A DNA stretch of 64,000 nucleotides from Candidatus Thorarchaeota archaeon. Lineage in GTDB: Archaea; Asgardarchaeota; Thorarchaeia; Thorarchaeales; Thorarchaeaceae. The stretch's first letter is position 1, and every line of letters begins with the position of its first letter. Location of the stretch: the NCBI GenBank assembly GCA_030612365.1, contig JAUWOA010000001.1, forward strand, positions 7,184 through 71,183. Reading direction: 5' to 3'. This document shows, piece by piece, positions 38,407 to 47,550 of the stretch. Below the pieces are notes generated by a model. It was not told the origin of the DNA and made no database searches. It saw only the letters and a program-made list of their open reading frames with translations. The position numbers and the translations under genes are program-made.

Positions 38407-38994
38407 TTATTGCTGAATGCCCTCCAGTACTTGTATCTTTTCAAAGAATACCGACAAACTCGCCACGGTTTCAATATCAAGACCACAGTTCACCATCACA
38501 TTCTTCAAGTCCTTGATGTTCGCAAGAGATGAACTGACGACGAAGACAGAACCCCCTTTCCGAAGATGCCTGATAGCCTGTTGAATGAAACGCTCAGCGA
38601 GTTCAGTGCCCTTAGCACCACCCAACAATGCATGGTCCATATCAGTTGTGGCGCCGTCACAAGGAAGATATGGCGGGTTGAAGGCGATTACTGAGAACAA
38701 TACGGCTGAAGGAATGGAATCAAGCAGATCTGACTGCATGACACTACACAGATGTGTAAGCCCATTCCGCTTGAGGTTCCTTAGCGTATTCCGAGCAGCC
38801 TCCAAGGAGATATCGGTCGTTACAACCCTTTTTGCGATTCTAGCGGCGCCTAATGTTAGAAGCCCAGCACCACAGCCCACATCCAGAAAAACATCATCGC
38901 GGTCAAGATCAATGGCATCCATCAATAAAAACGAGTCTTCAGCAGGAGCATAAACCCCGGAATCAACCCTAAAATCAAGGTCTTCTACTCTCAC
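38407..38994 (-). CDS. HemK/Mtq2-family (N5-glutamine) methyltransferase
   Basis: SAM motif LDVGCGAGLL. Catalytic NPPY. Confidence 0.7.
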   Translation of the reverse strand: MRVEDLDFRVDSGVYAPAEDSFLLMDAIDLDRDDVFLDVGCGAGLLTLGAARIAKRVVTTDISLEAARNTLRNLKRNGLTHLCSVMQSDLLDSIPSAVLFSVIAFNPPYLPCDGATTDMDHALLGGAKGTELAERFIQQAIRHLRKGGSVFVVSSSLANIKDLKNVMVNCGLDIETVASLSVFFEKIQVLEGIQQ

Positions 38995-39878
38995 ATGTTC
39001 TTGCCCCTTGGACCCGGTACTAAACCGTCCTCTATCATCTCCACTAGGCAGTCTGCAAGCGTAACCAGGATATCCAGTGTTAAGTTCCTCAGCCGTTCGG
39101 TGCCAGTCACAGAAGCTCCCGCTCTATCCAGGAGCGTGTTAACCAGGGCCTTATCCAACTTCATATTTCGGAACCAGATTCGAAGTGCCTTCCCAATCTG
39201 TTTGTTTGGGTAGGAATAGGTGCCATGAATAAGCCAGAAGAAAACCTCAGGGTTTCTCGCGAATGGTCCCGCTACTCTGGGTGTCATGCAAACAACACCT
39301 GAATCGACCTTTGGAACGGGATAAAACATACTTGCTGGCACACTCATGATCTGTGCCACATCAACATGATATCGCACACCTATTGTCAAACGTGCGTAAT
39401 TGCCCGACCCCGGTTCTGCAAGGAGTCTTTCTGCGAATTCCTTCTGATACATCAGAGTAGCGCTTTCGAATTTCACTTGCTCAAGAAGTCGAAAGGTGAT
39501 ATCAGAAGAAATGTTGTAGGGCAGATTGCAGACCACTTTGTCAACTTCAGGGAAGTCTATCGCCAGTGCATCGCCCTCTATGATCTCGACATTGTCTAGT
39601 TCACTCAGAATCTCTCTTAGAGCTCTGACCAATCCCACGTCTTTCTCGACAACATAAACAGTCTTAGCACACTGAGCAAGCAATTGAGTGAGAATGCCTA
39701 GCCCTCCGCCAATCTCCAAGACTGATTCATCCTTGGTTAGATTCGCAGACCATACGATGTCCTTAGCAATTCTGTGACTTGTGAGAAAGCTCTGACCGGC
39801 CTTCTTGCTAGGTCGTACCGAGTATTTCTGAAGCAGGGATTTGACCTCTTCTTGATACAGAGATCTCACCCTGGCCAT
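38991..39878 (-). CDS. rsmA: 16S rRNA (adenine1518/1519-N6)-dimethyltransferase KsgA/Dim1
   Basis: GQSFLTS..., VLEIGGGLGILT, and NLPYNISS motifs. Confidence 0.9.
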   Translation of the reverse strand: MARVRSLYQEEVKSLLQKYSVRPSKKAGQSFLTSHRIAKDIVWSANLTKDESVLEIGGGLGILTQLLAQCAKTVYVVEKDVGLVRALREILSELDNVEIIEGDALAIDFPEVDKVVCNLPYNISSDITFRLLEQVKFESATLMYQKEFAERLLAEPGSGNYARLTIGVRYHVDVAQIMSVPASMFYPVPKVDSGVVCMTPRVAGPFARNPEVFFWLIHGTYSYPNKQIGKALRIWFRNMKLDKALVNTLLDRAGASVTGTERLRNLTLDILVTLADCLVEMIEDGLVPGPRGKNM

Positions 39879-40468
39879 TGTCTTCTCTCATCATCATTTC
39901 GCCTAGGCGGACGAACGAATACCCACCGCTTAACATCCTCTTTCAGCTCATTGATGATTCTCGCAGTAATGGTTTTCTTAGGATTCTGCAGCTTGGTCCG
40001 AGCAGCGATATCTTCGAAATTCTTGAATGGAGCCTTCTTTCTTTCATCAAGAAGCGCCCACATCAACGTCTTCCCAACACCAGGAAGGAGTTGGAGTGAA
40101 TGCATTCTAGTTGTGATTGGTTTCGCTTCATTGAAGAACTGCACGAACTTGTGTTCATGCTTCGTTACAATTAATTCAATGATGAATGCCAGCTCTGTCG
40201 TGCTTTCGGGAATCAGGTCCTCGTAGAAGACTCTTCGTTTCACATGATCGATGTTGGTCTGGGAGTCCTTCTGAATTGACACGCGATCTTGAGGCTTAAA
40301 TCTAGCACCACTTCGGGGTACAAGTTCAAGAAGAGTGAAGTGAGACTCACCCACTGCCTGTACTATGGGGTCTCCTCGTGGTCGTGAATCTCTCAGGTAC
40401 ACCTTCGGCTGACTGACTGCCAGGACATATGCGTGACTCTCGTACATCCTGCCTTGAGATGATTCCAT
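39866..40468 (-). CDS. DUF655 family protein, a conserved archaeal neighbour of ksgA
   Basis: The position immediately upstream of ksgA and overall similarity are typical of archaeal DUF655. Confidence 0.6.
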   Translation of the reverse strand: MESSQGRMYESHAYVLAVSQPKVYLRDSRPRGDPIVQAVGESHFTLLELVPRSGARFKPQDRVSIQKDSQTNIDHVKRRVFYEDLIPESTTELAFIIELIVTKHEHKFVQFFNEAKPITTRMHSLQLLPGVGKTLMWALLDERKKAPFKNFEDIAARTKLQNPKKTITARIINELKEDVKRWVFVRPPRRNDDERRQWPG

Positions 40469-40583
40469 ACTCTTACACTCCTGACACTATCAAGCCGCAT
40501 TACATGAGCAAATGGTGGTTTATGGATAAAAATGCAGCGCTCTTACTTTGCACCAGTTCTGATCGTAGTTAAGTGGTTAATAA

Positions 40584-40919
40584 TTATGAAATTGACTTCA
40601 AAACAAGATCTACTATCTCTATCAGCTGTTCATCAGTTACGTCAGTGGACCGCGCATCAAGGATAGTTCTCATCTCTTCCTTAGTTGTTGGAGCTATGTT
40701 TGCTACTTGAACGGCCTTAACTCGCTTGATGGAGTACTTCTTGATGAGGCGTTCCACGAGCTTTCTTGATACAGCTGGTGCCATCTTGGAGAATGATGAA
40801 GCATGTTCCAGAGTGATTGTCTGCTGAAATGATAGCTCCCCTTCCTTGGCTCGTTTGGCTAGGACCTTTTTCACTTGGGGGAGGGCTATTTCCTCTTCCG
40901 CTAAAACTTCTCTTGGCAT
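40584..40919 (-). CDS. rpoF: DNA-directed RNA polymerase subunit Rpo4/F
   Basis: ~110 aa. Conserved position next to L21e. Helical HRDC-like C-terminus. Confidence 0.65.
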   Translation of the reverse strand: MPREVLAEEEIALPQVKKVLAKRAKEGELSFQQTITLEHASSFSKMAPAVSRKLVERLIKKYSIKRVKAVQVANIAPTTKEEMRTILDARSTDVTDEQLIEIVDLVLKSIS

Positions 40920-40929
40920 GTGGTATCAC

Positions 40930-41226
40930 TCAGCCTTTGCTGACTTGAAGGTGCTCGGGTCGTATGATCAATGTCTTCATAGCTTTGCCAAGGCTGACAT
41001 CAACGACAACTGCCCTTCCACGCATTTCTTTGACAACACCCGTTCTCCCTTGATACCTTCGATGAGGCATGCCCTTGTGAAAACCCGGGTCTATCACTAT
41101 ATCGACTCTCTGCCCTTTCTCAAAGTCGACGAGCACTCTGTTCGGGGGGACAAGACCACGCGTCCGTACCCTCTTGCTCATCAAAGCTCTAGTGCGAGCA
41201 CGGAAACCATGACTCTTCTTAACCAT
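40930..41226 (-). CDS. rpl21e: 50S ribosomal protein L21e
   Basis: MVKKSHGFRARTRALMSK..RGL.P...L..F..GQRVDIVIDP...GMPHRRYQGRTGVV. Confidence 0.9.
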   Translation of the reverse strand: MVKKSHGFRARTRALMSKRVRTRGLVPPNRVLVDFEKGQRVDIVIDPGFHKGMPHRRYQGRTGVVKEMRGRAVVVDVSLGKAMKTLIIRPEHLQVSKG

Positions 41227-41494
41227 AGGGCATCAACATGTTGTTTGTTAGTACCTCGGTTGGTGAGAGAGATATACCCCTACGTAACCGAAGCCAAGCC
41301 TCTCCTCTTGGGTCGCCACTTAAGGATTTCGGACAAGCCAAGAAAAATGGACACGATTAGATATTCTCAAGAGGCTACTTGTAGAGCTATATGACCCGAC
41401 GGGGTATTCTCATGGAACCAAAGGCTGCTGTCAGACTTAGAGCAGGTGTCAAAATCATTTACCAATGGTTTCCAATGTCCTAGAGGAGTGTCCC

Positions 41495-41821
41495 CTACTG
41501 CAATTGAGCTCCATCGGTTGGAGGATATCTTAAACAGAAGCACATGTGTAAGACAATAACACCAGTCGTAATTGTGGAGCCCAACCGGCCTATGACCAAG
41601 CCATGGGTGGAATCAAGGAGTGCGACATCCGGAAAGATAGCATCAGGATAGTTGCGTACAACCATTTTCCATGTCAATGTATTCGACTGCTGCGAAGCGA
41701 AGGGTCCATTGCCAATGCTTGGAGCTGCAGCATGCCCAATGTTAGCACAAGGCATGTCTGAAGAACCTTTTTTCCTTTGAAACCATAGCTTGAATGCACT
41801 GTTTTCACCGGTACCGTCCAC
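41495..41821 (-). CDS. hypothetical protein (108 aa)
   Basis: ORF only. Confidence 0.25.
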   Translation of the reverse strand: MDGTGENSAFKLWFQRKKGSSDMPCANIGHAAAPSIGNGPFASQQSNTLTWKMVVRNYPDAIFPDVALLDSTHGLVIGRLGSTITTGVIVLHMCFCLRYPPTDGAQLQ

Positions 41822-41998
41822 TAGTGTGTGGTAAGCCGATATGCTCGTTCAGCCTAGAACGGCACATGGCCGCCACCCCCGCCAGACAGCAATACATTCT
41901 GGTAGTCACTGCCCAAGTAGTGGTGGGATGAATCATACGCCTTGACTTGTACCTTCATCTCAACATAGCCCTGAATGAGAGTCCAAGAGACATAGTAA

Positions 41999-42349
41999 TC
42001 ACTGCCATAGTAAGGTGTAATCTGTACCTACATGTATATAGCTTGTCCAATATCCTGAGCTGCTCTTGTACTTCACATAGACCTTCACATAGTCCATTGC
42101 TGAGTAGTGGTTCACACGGACGTATCCAGTTGTACCTGCAGACTCCCAGGCTCTGTAGATCAGTAAGGATGCGGGAATGGGATCGTTGGCGTTCAGTGGA
42201 TTGTAGCCCCAGCTGACTTCATTACCATCGCCAATTGCGTCTCCATCAGTATTCCAGTTCAGTGGATTTGTACCATGAGAGATCACCTCGGCACCGTCCG
42301 AGAGGCCATCGTTGTCTGAAGGCTGAAGCAACTCTTTGCAGCAATGCAT
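41999..42349 (-). CDS. hypothetical protein with Asp-rich calcium-binding-like repeats
   Basis: DNDGLSDGAEV and DGDAIGDGNEV resemble thrombospondin type-3/EF-like repeats. Confidence 0.3.
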   Translation of the reverse strand: MHCCKELLQPSDNDGLSDGAEVISHGTNPLNWNTDGDAIGDGNEVSWGYNPLNANDPIPASLLIYRAWESAGTTGYVRVNHYSAMDYVKVYVKYKSSSGYWTSYIHVGTDYTLLWQ

Positions 42350-42477
42350 ATCTAGCAGAGCACTAGCTAGTTCTTGACAAAAAGATACGATTCGATATTG
42401 TTGCCCTGCAATCTGGATTGTGGCTGTGAAGTTGTCACTAGGTTCGATTGTGAGGATCGCCTCACAGAGTGTTCAGA

Positions 42478-43917
42478 TTACAATGAACGGTTATGGTTTG
42501 CTTCAAGGCTGTGAATCGCTGTAACAACCAATTCAATGCAAACGCATGCAGAACCTACCTTACCGGCAATCGACGGCACAGTTCTCCCTTCGTCTCCTGA
42601 TATCAGTTCCTTGATGTAGGTGCCACCTTGAACCTTGAAGTAGCCCTCCAGCTCATGGCTTCTCCTCCTCTTCAATCGCACCTCGTAGATGTGCTTCTTC
42701 CTCGTCAAGTCACTTCTTCTGTGTGCCACTCGCGTTGGAGTTCTCTGGTCAAGGTCAATGTTTGTTAGTTCTCTTTCTGCTCTTCTTACTTCATCATCAG
42801 TCAATTCTCGGTCAGTCTTGATGATGGCTGAATACTCCTTGATGTTCTCAGAAGATTCACTCTTGAGTCGTTGCAGATGTTGTCTGTTAGTAGGTCGCAA
42901 GCCTTCGACTTCTACCTTCTTGCGTGATTTCTTTCTGATTTTCTTCTCCAGCTTGGGAAGATTCAGCGTTCTTACGCGAGGTTTACTAATCTCCACAACA
43001 AATGGACGTCCAGACCCAAGCATCAGAGCGTCCACATCTTCACGTCCTGCAGCATGAAACTTGAAACGGGTGCCTTTGGCGGCTTCTTGGATTGGCAAAC
43101 CAACATACTCCGAAATGGAGTCCGGGTACCTTCTCCCGGTATTGTGGCAAGCGTCACATCCTTTGCCATTGCAATCTGAACAATCCCATCGGCTTTGGGG
43201 GACTCCCACCACCTTCTTTCGATACCTACCGTAGATAAACAGCGGGTTGATTTGCAGCCTAACCAAATCGTTCTGCATATCATAGACTACAACTAGTTCT
43301 GGCTTATCAAAGTCAACGGGTTTGTCAAAGATCGCGCTAACCTGTTTCCCGAACTCCCTATTGAAATCAGACCTCAGGGTTTCTCCGTAGATGAGATTAT
43401 GTTGTCCTTTCAATTCATCTTCTCTTTCCGCGAGGATTGGGTGTGGTATAGACCCTGCGAGGACGGTGTGGAATTCGATGTCTTCTGTGTCCCTCACTGC
43501 CCGTTGAACGATCTCTGGTATTCTGTCGAATGCACAATCAGCGTCCACGGAACAGAGGTAACAGACCTTGCCCTTCTCATAATCCAGTGCTTCCTTCTCA
43601 GCAAGAATCTGCGCTGGAGAGAACATGCCGTTGCCAGCAAGAATCGTAAGTAGTTTCCTGCCTTCGTCCTTCGCACCAGCCTTGATTATCTCATCAGCCT
43701 TCATTGAGAGTATAAGCTTGATTGAATTTCCTCTCTGGTCGTTCGATGTACCGGTACTCAACCAGGCGAACTGCCGACCCAAGCATCTGTCGCATAGAGG
43801 ATATTCCTCAAGTAAGGATGCTGCGGTGTCTAGTATCCCTGGATTCTCTCTACCCACCATGTAGTAGGGCCTCATCGTCACCCGGCATGCACTTTGCACA
43901 TAAAGATGGCTATTCAC
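42478..43917 (-). CDS. pus10: tRNA pseudouridine(54/55) synthase Pus10
   Basis: N-terminal zinc ribbon CDRCLGRQ, THUMP-like region and C-terminal catalytic domain. Its ~480 aa size is typical of archaeal Pus10. Confidence 0.75.
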   Translation of the reverse strand: MNSHLYVQSACRVTMRPYYMVGRENPGILDTAASLLEEYPLCDRCLGRQFAWLSTGTSNDQRGNSIKLILSMKADEIIKAGAKDEGRKLLTILAGNGMFSPAQILAEKEALDYEKGKVCYLCSVDADCAFDRIPEIVQRAVRDTEDIEFHTVLAGSIPHPILAEREDELKGQHNLIYGETLRSDFNREFGKQVSAIFDKPVDFDKPELVVVYDMQNDLVRLQINPLFIYGRYRKKVVGVPQSRWDCSDCNGKGCDACHNTGRRYPDSISEYVGLPIQEAAKGTRFKFHAAGREDVDALMLGSGRPFVVEISKPRVRTLNLPKLEKKIRKKSRKKVEVEGLRPTNRQHLQRLKSESSENIKEYSAIIKTDRELTDDEVRRAERELTNIDLDQRTPTRVAHRRSDLTRKKHIYEVRLKRRRSHELEGYFKVQGGTYIKELISGDEGRTVPSIAGKVGSACVCIELVVTAIHSLEANHNRSL

Positions 43918-45131
43918 TAGACAAGTGGATCTATGTATTTCAACGCCTTTAGACCCAAGACAAACGTTCTGGGATTCCGCATAAGCCGAGCGATCACCTT
44001 GCGCTGCATGTCCATGTCGCCCTCTTGCTTCACAATCTCAACAAGTCCCATAGATTTTGCGTCCTCTATTATGGAGTTCAATCCTTTGTCTGAGAGAACG
44101 GATAATGCTCTTTGAGCTACGTACATCATCCGCAAATCCTTCAAGATTCGGAACCGCCAACCCGCTTCGTAGCGGCTCAACGATTTGTGCGAGCAATCTC
44201 TCTCATCAAGCGCTTTGGTGACAGTCCTTCCCGCAATTTGGGCTGCAATTCCTCCCATAACAACCCCGCCGCCCGTTGTTGCCTTGACCATGCCTGCAGC
44301 ATCACCCACTACAACGACCCCTTGAGCGAAGCATCTTCTTACCGGTAACCCCACGAGCACGATTCCTCCGAATCCTCTCTCTAGAGTTGCACCCCTTAGT
44401 CGCTCTCGTAGAACCGGATGGTGATTGATCGCAGCTTTTAGTCGAGGTTTCGCGCTATTCTTGGCTGCAAGACCAACTCTTGCTTTCCCCTCGCCCATAG
44501 GTATCAACCAAGCGAAGAACCCAGGCGCAGTCTGGCGTCCATAGTACATCTCCACAATGTCATCATCGATATCTACACCTTTCACTTCATACTGGTACGC
44601 AGGAAGCTTGTTCCGCCTTGACACTACCGGTAGGTTCAATGCTTTGGAGATTTGGCACCGGGAGCCTTCTGCATTGACAATGACCTGAGCGCTGCATTCT
44701 GATAGCATTCCTTCTTCTCTAATGCTCAATATCTTGGTTTGGCTTTCACTCGTTCGAATTCCAAGGACCTTCGCCTGAGTACTGATGTCCGCTCCGTTGT
44801 CCCTTGCCCTATCTGCCAACCATGAATCGAACCGCGACCGATTGATTACCAGCGCCTCACGACGACCGCGTTCAATCAATAGCGATTGTCCCGTTGGAGC
44901 GAATATCCTGGCTCCCGAAACCCGATTCTGAATAACATCGGAAGGCGGTTTGAGCCCTAGTAATGCCAATCCGGATGCGCTTAGCAAGCCCGCACAGTGA
45001 TCAGGCTTTCCTATCTCGGGATGCTCTTCAAACACTTGAACCTGATGACCACTTTGAGCGATTTCGGCTGCAGCCAGCAGTCCCGCAGGTCCTGCTCCGA
45101 TGACAATCGCTTCGGGGTCTAGAATAGCCAC
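43917..45131 (-). CDS. Geranylgeranyl reductase family (digeranylgeranylglycerophospholipid reductase-like) FAD-dependent oxidoreductase
   Basis: N-terminal FAD motif AIVIGAGPAGLLAAAEIAQSGHQVQVFEE. GGR-like length of 404 aa. Confidence 0.8.
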   Translation of the reverse strand: MAILDPEAIVIGAGPAGLLAAAEIAQSGHQVQVFEEHPEIGKPDHCAGLLSASGLALLGLKPPSDVIQNRVSGARIFAPTGQSLLIERGRREALVINRSRFDSWLADRARDNGADISTQAKVLGIRTSESQTKILSIREEGMLSECSAQVIVNAEGSRCQISKALNLPVVSRRNKLPAYQYEVKGVDIDDDIVEMYYGRQTAPGFFAWLIPMGEGKARVGLAAKNSAKPRLKAAINHHPVLRERLRGATLERGFGGIVLVGLPVRRCFAQGVVVVGDAAGMVKATTGGGVVMGGIAAQIAGRTVTKALDERDCSHKSLSRYEAGWRFRILKDLRMMYVAQRALSVLSDKGLNSIIEDAKSMGLVEIVKQEGDMDMQRKVIARLMRNPRTFVLGLKALKYIDPLV

Positions 45132-45158
45132 TCTCGACTCATTCCTGATGGCAACCGT

Positions 45159-47339
45159 TCATTTTAAGTTGGACAAACTCGGACATGCCGCATTTGTCCG
45201 TCCAGGAACGACACTGGACTCCATTTGAATCTTGACTATGTTGCGAGCCGCATTCACATCTGCATGCAGACTCATCTGACAGTGAGAACAAAAGAAGTAC
45301 TCCCCTCCCTTTGTTTCTTCAGTATCAAGTGGATTCTGTACTCGAACTCCTCTCTCACCACATCCACTACATATCTGTGATGTCCACGCGGGGTTCACCA
45401 TCCAGACACCACCCCTGTAGTGACCGAGAGCCGCACGTCGGTATCTCACGCCCTGAATCAACAGGCCCCAAAGATTGGTTGAGAGGTTCCAGCTATGGGT
45501 GTGCTTTCCACCAGCACCCTGAAAGAACCGGAGGTCCTCGAAGCACACGGTCTTGACTCTCCTGCTCTCGCAGAACCAGACTGTTTCGCAGGCAACTTGG
45601 TGAGAGATCTCGCGTCCGAGGCGTCTGACCTTTCGCCACACTGACCCCAGCTCCCGTTCTCTTTTCAGAATGTAAGCTGGAGCTATCAGCCCCGGATGCT
45701 TGCTCTCCCAGTTGTTCCTTCTTCTGGCTATCTGCGATGTGAGCTGCTTAGCCCGTTGTCTGAGTTTCTCGCGCTTGATGAACAGATTCTCCCGTCCAAT
45801 AATTCTTTCTTCGTAGTCCCCATCACAATTGCTGATAGAGACTACTACTGGGTTCCTGAGGCCTCTATCTACTCCGGCGTACTTCGTGCGTGATTGAGAT
45901 GGTAATACAGACTTCAACAACTCTTGACTAGGAGGCCTAAAGGGAATTGAGAGGCTAGCCTTCCCTTCTCTAAGCTGGATTGTTGGCGGAGCACACCTTC
46001 GTGTGTCCTTTAACCTTGTGACTTCGGACCTCAGCCGTTCAATCTCACCACAGTCATTGGTTCTTCTTGACGTGAGCTTGGCTAGTGTTCTCTTGGCTTG
46101 ATTAAGAGCAACCATGTTCATCAACTGGCTACTCATATCTTCGAAATGCGAGGCTCTGAACTCAAGGCGAAGTGCTCGCTCGCTATCCCCTCTTCCCAAG
46201 GCCTCTCTCGCTTTCCTCCGTGCTCTCTGAGCCTTATGTGGTAGCCAATTGAGAAACCTGAATCGTACTGTCTGGCTCCTGTAGGGAGATTCCTTGTCGG
46301 TTTCATGACCCAGCACACCAGGTGGGGTCTTCAGGTACAGGATGATCTCATCCTGTCTATCAGGGTCAACCTTGAACCAGTATCCTTGTCCTGTTGTATT
46401 CTCTGTGGAAGCGGAGAAGTCTTCCGTTTGCATTTTAAAGACAGGAGATGTGAAGGGGAAACCATAAGTGTGCCACATCTCGACCTGCCTACACAGGGCA
46501 TGCCTAATCTGGGCACTCTGAGGAGCATCACTTTTGAGGAGCTCCCGAACTCTTGCTCGTTGCTTGTTCCTCCGTCCACCTCCTAGGTGGAATGGGGGGG
46601 TGCTGTTCGTCTGATCGAAAGCGGAGAGAATAAGTTCGTCAAGAGCTCGCCTCAGTTGCTTGCACACTGACAGAGCATAGTGGAATCCTGACCCATTCCT
46701 ACGTGTCACGGAATCGCGAACCCTCCGTACTAGCTCAGGAGGTATCCGTTTATTGCCAACCAACCGGGAGATATTTTCACCTGACTCCTTGAGAATACGC
46801 AGAAGAGCACGCAGGAGTTCTCTGCGTGAGTAGTCAGCAAGGATGATTCGTGCTGCAGCTTCAAGTGCATTCCTGAACATTCTCTCAAAGACAAGTTGTC
46901 CGAACTCGTTGTCCTGTTCCCAGTTCAGGTTTGCCTCTTCACGAAGAATCACATATCCCCGACAGCGGGCAGTATCAAGTTTCCACCCAATGCTTTTAGC
47001 CTGAGCGTACGACTTGTAGACCCTTTGTAGGATTAGGTTGACAGCCTGGATGTATCTATCGAAGTGCTGGGTAAGTATGCTCAGATCAGCTACAGAACAC
47101 TTCTTGCCTGAATTGTTCTGCAAGCCTGCGGGCACTTTGTCAAGCGCTCCTCTTGAAAAGAGGAGATTTGGTTTTCTCCCTTGACCCTTTCGAGCTGTCT
47201 GTCGATTGAATGAGTTCAATGCGAATGTCTGGGTAAGAAAGATTGGTGAAGAGGAAATATAGCTACCATCCATTGTTTGCTGTTTTGACCCTGTTGAGAT
47301 CTTAGACTCGCGGGGATGGCGCCGCGACTTGTTCTTCAC
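45159..47339 (-). CDS. TnpB/Cas12-like RuvC nuclease (726 aa) with ~490-aa N-terminal extension
   Basis: RuvC-I YAGVDRGLRNPVVVSI (D at ~491). RuvC-II ...VKTVCFEDL (E). Zinc finger CSGCG...CSHC. RuvC-III HADVNAARNI (D). All three catalytic positions are intact. Confidence 0.75.
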   Translation of the reverse strand: MKNKSRRHPRESKISTGSKQQTMDGSYISSSPIFLTQTFALNSFNRQTARKGQGRKPNLLFSRGALDKVPAGLQNNSGKKCSVADLSILTQHFDRYIQAVNLILQRVYKSYAQAKSIGWKLDTARCRGYVILREEANLNWEQDNEFGQLVFERMFRNALEAAARIILADYSRRELLRALLRILKESGENISRLVGNKRIPPELVRRVRDSVTRRNGSGFHYALSVCKQLRRALDELILSAFDQTNSTPPFHLGGGRRNKQRARVRELLKSDAPQSAQIRHALCRQVEMWHTYGFPFTSPVFKMQTEDFSASTENTTGQGYWFKVDPDRQDEIILYLKTPPGVLGHETDKESPYRSQTVRFRFLNWLPHKAQRARRKAREALGRGDSERALRLEFRASHFEDMSSQLMNMVALNQAKRTLAKLTSRRTNDCGEIERLRSEVTRLKDTRRCAPPTIQLREGKASLSIPFRPPSQELLKSVLPSQSRTKYAGVDRGLRNPVVVSISNCDGDYEERIIGRENLFIKREKLRQRAKQLTSQIARRRNNWESKHPGLIAPAYILKRERELGSVWRKVRRLGREISHQVACETVWFCESRRVKTVCFEDLRFFQGAGGKHTHSWNLSTNLWGLLIQGVRYRRAALGHYRGGVWMVNPAWTSQICSGCGERGVRVQNPLDTEETKGGEYFFCSHCQMSLHADVNAARNIVKIQMESSVVPGRTNAACPSLSNLK

Positions 47340-47550
47340 CAGTCTTTCACCGTCTGTCTGTTTCGGCCTTTGTATAAAAGGACATACAAAAGAGATGGAA
47401 ATATAGCTACCAGGGTCATTTCATAGCTATATATTTGATATTATTATTTTATTCCAATTGATGAAATTATGCCAAAATTTGTAACTGCTATGGTTCTTCT
47501 TTACTCGCAGCAGTTAGAAATAAATACTTTCGCGAGTACAAGGGGGTGGA

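Noticed and set aside
47340-47550. Possible IS200/IS605 ends or a TnpA next to the TnpB-like gene
   Set aside because: No TnpA-like ORF (HUH Y1) and no obvious subterminal palindromic hairpins were found by eye. Only a short direct repeat and a 6-bp inverted repeat were seen. A covariance-model search is still needed to exclude a structured RNA.
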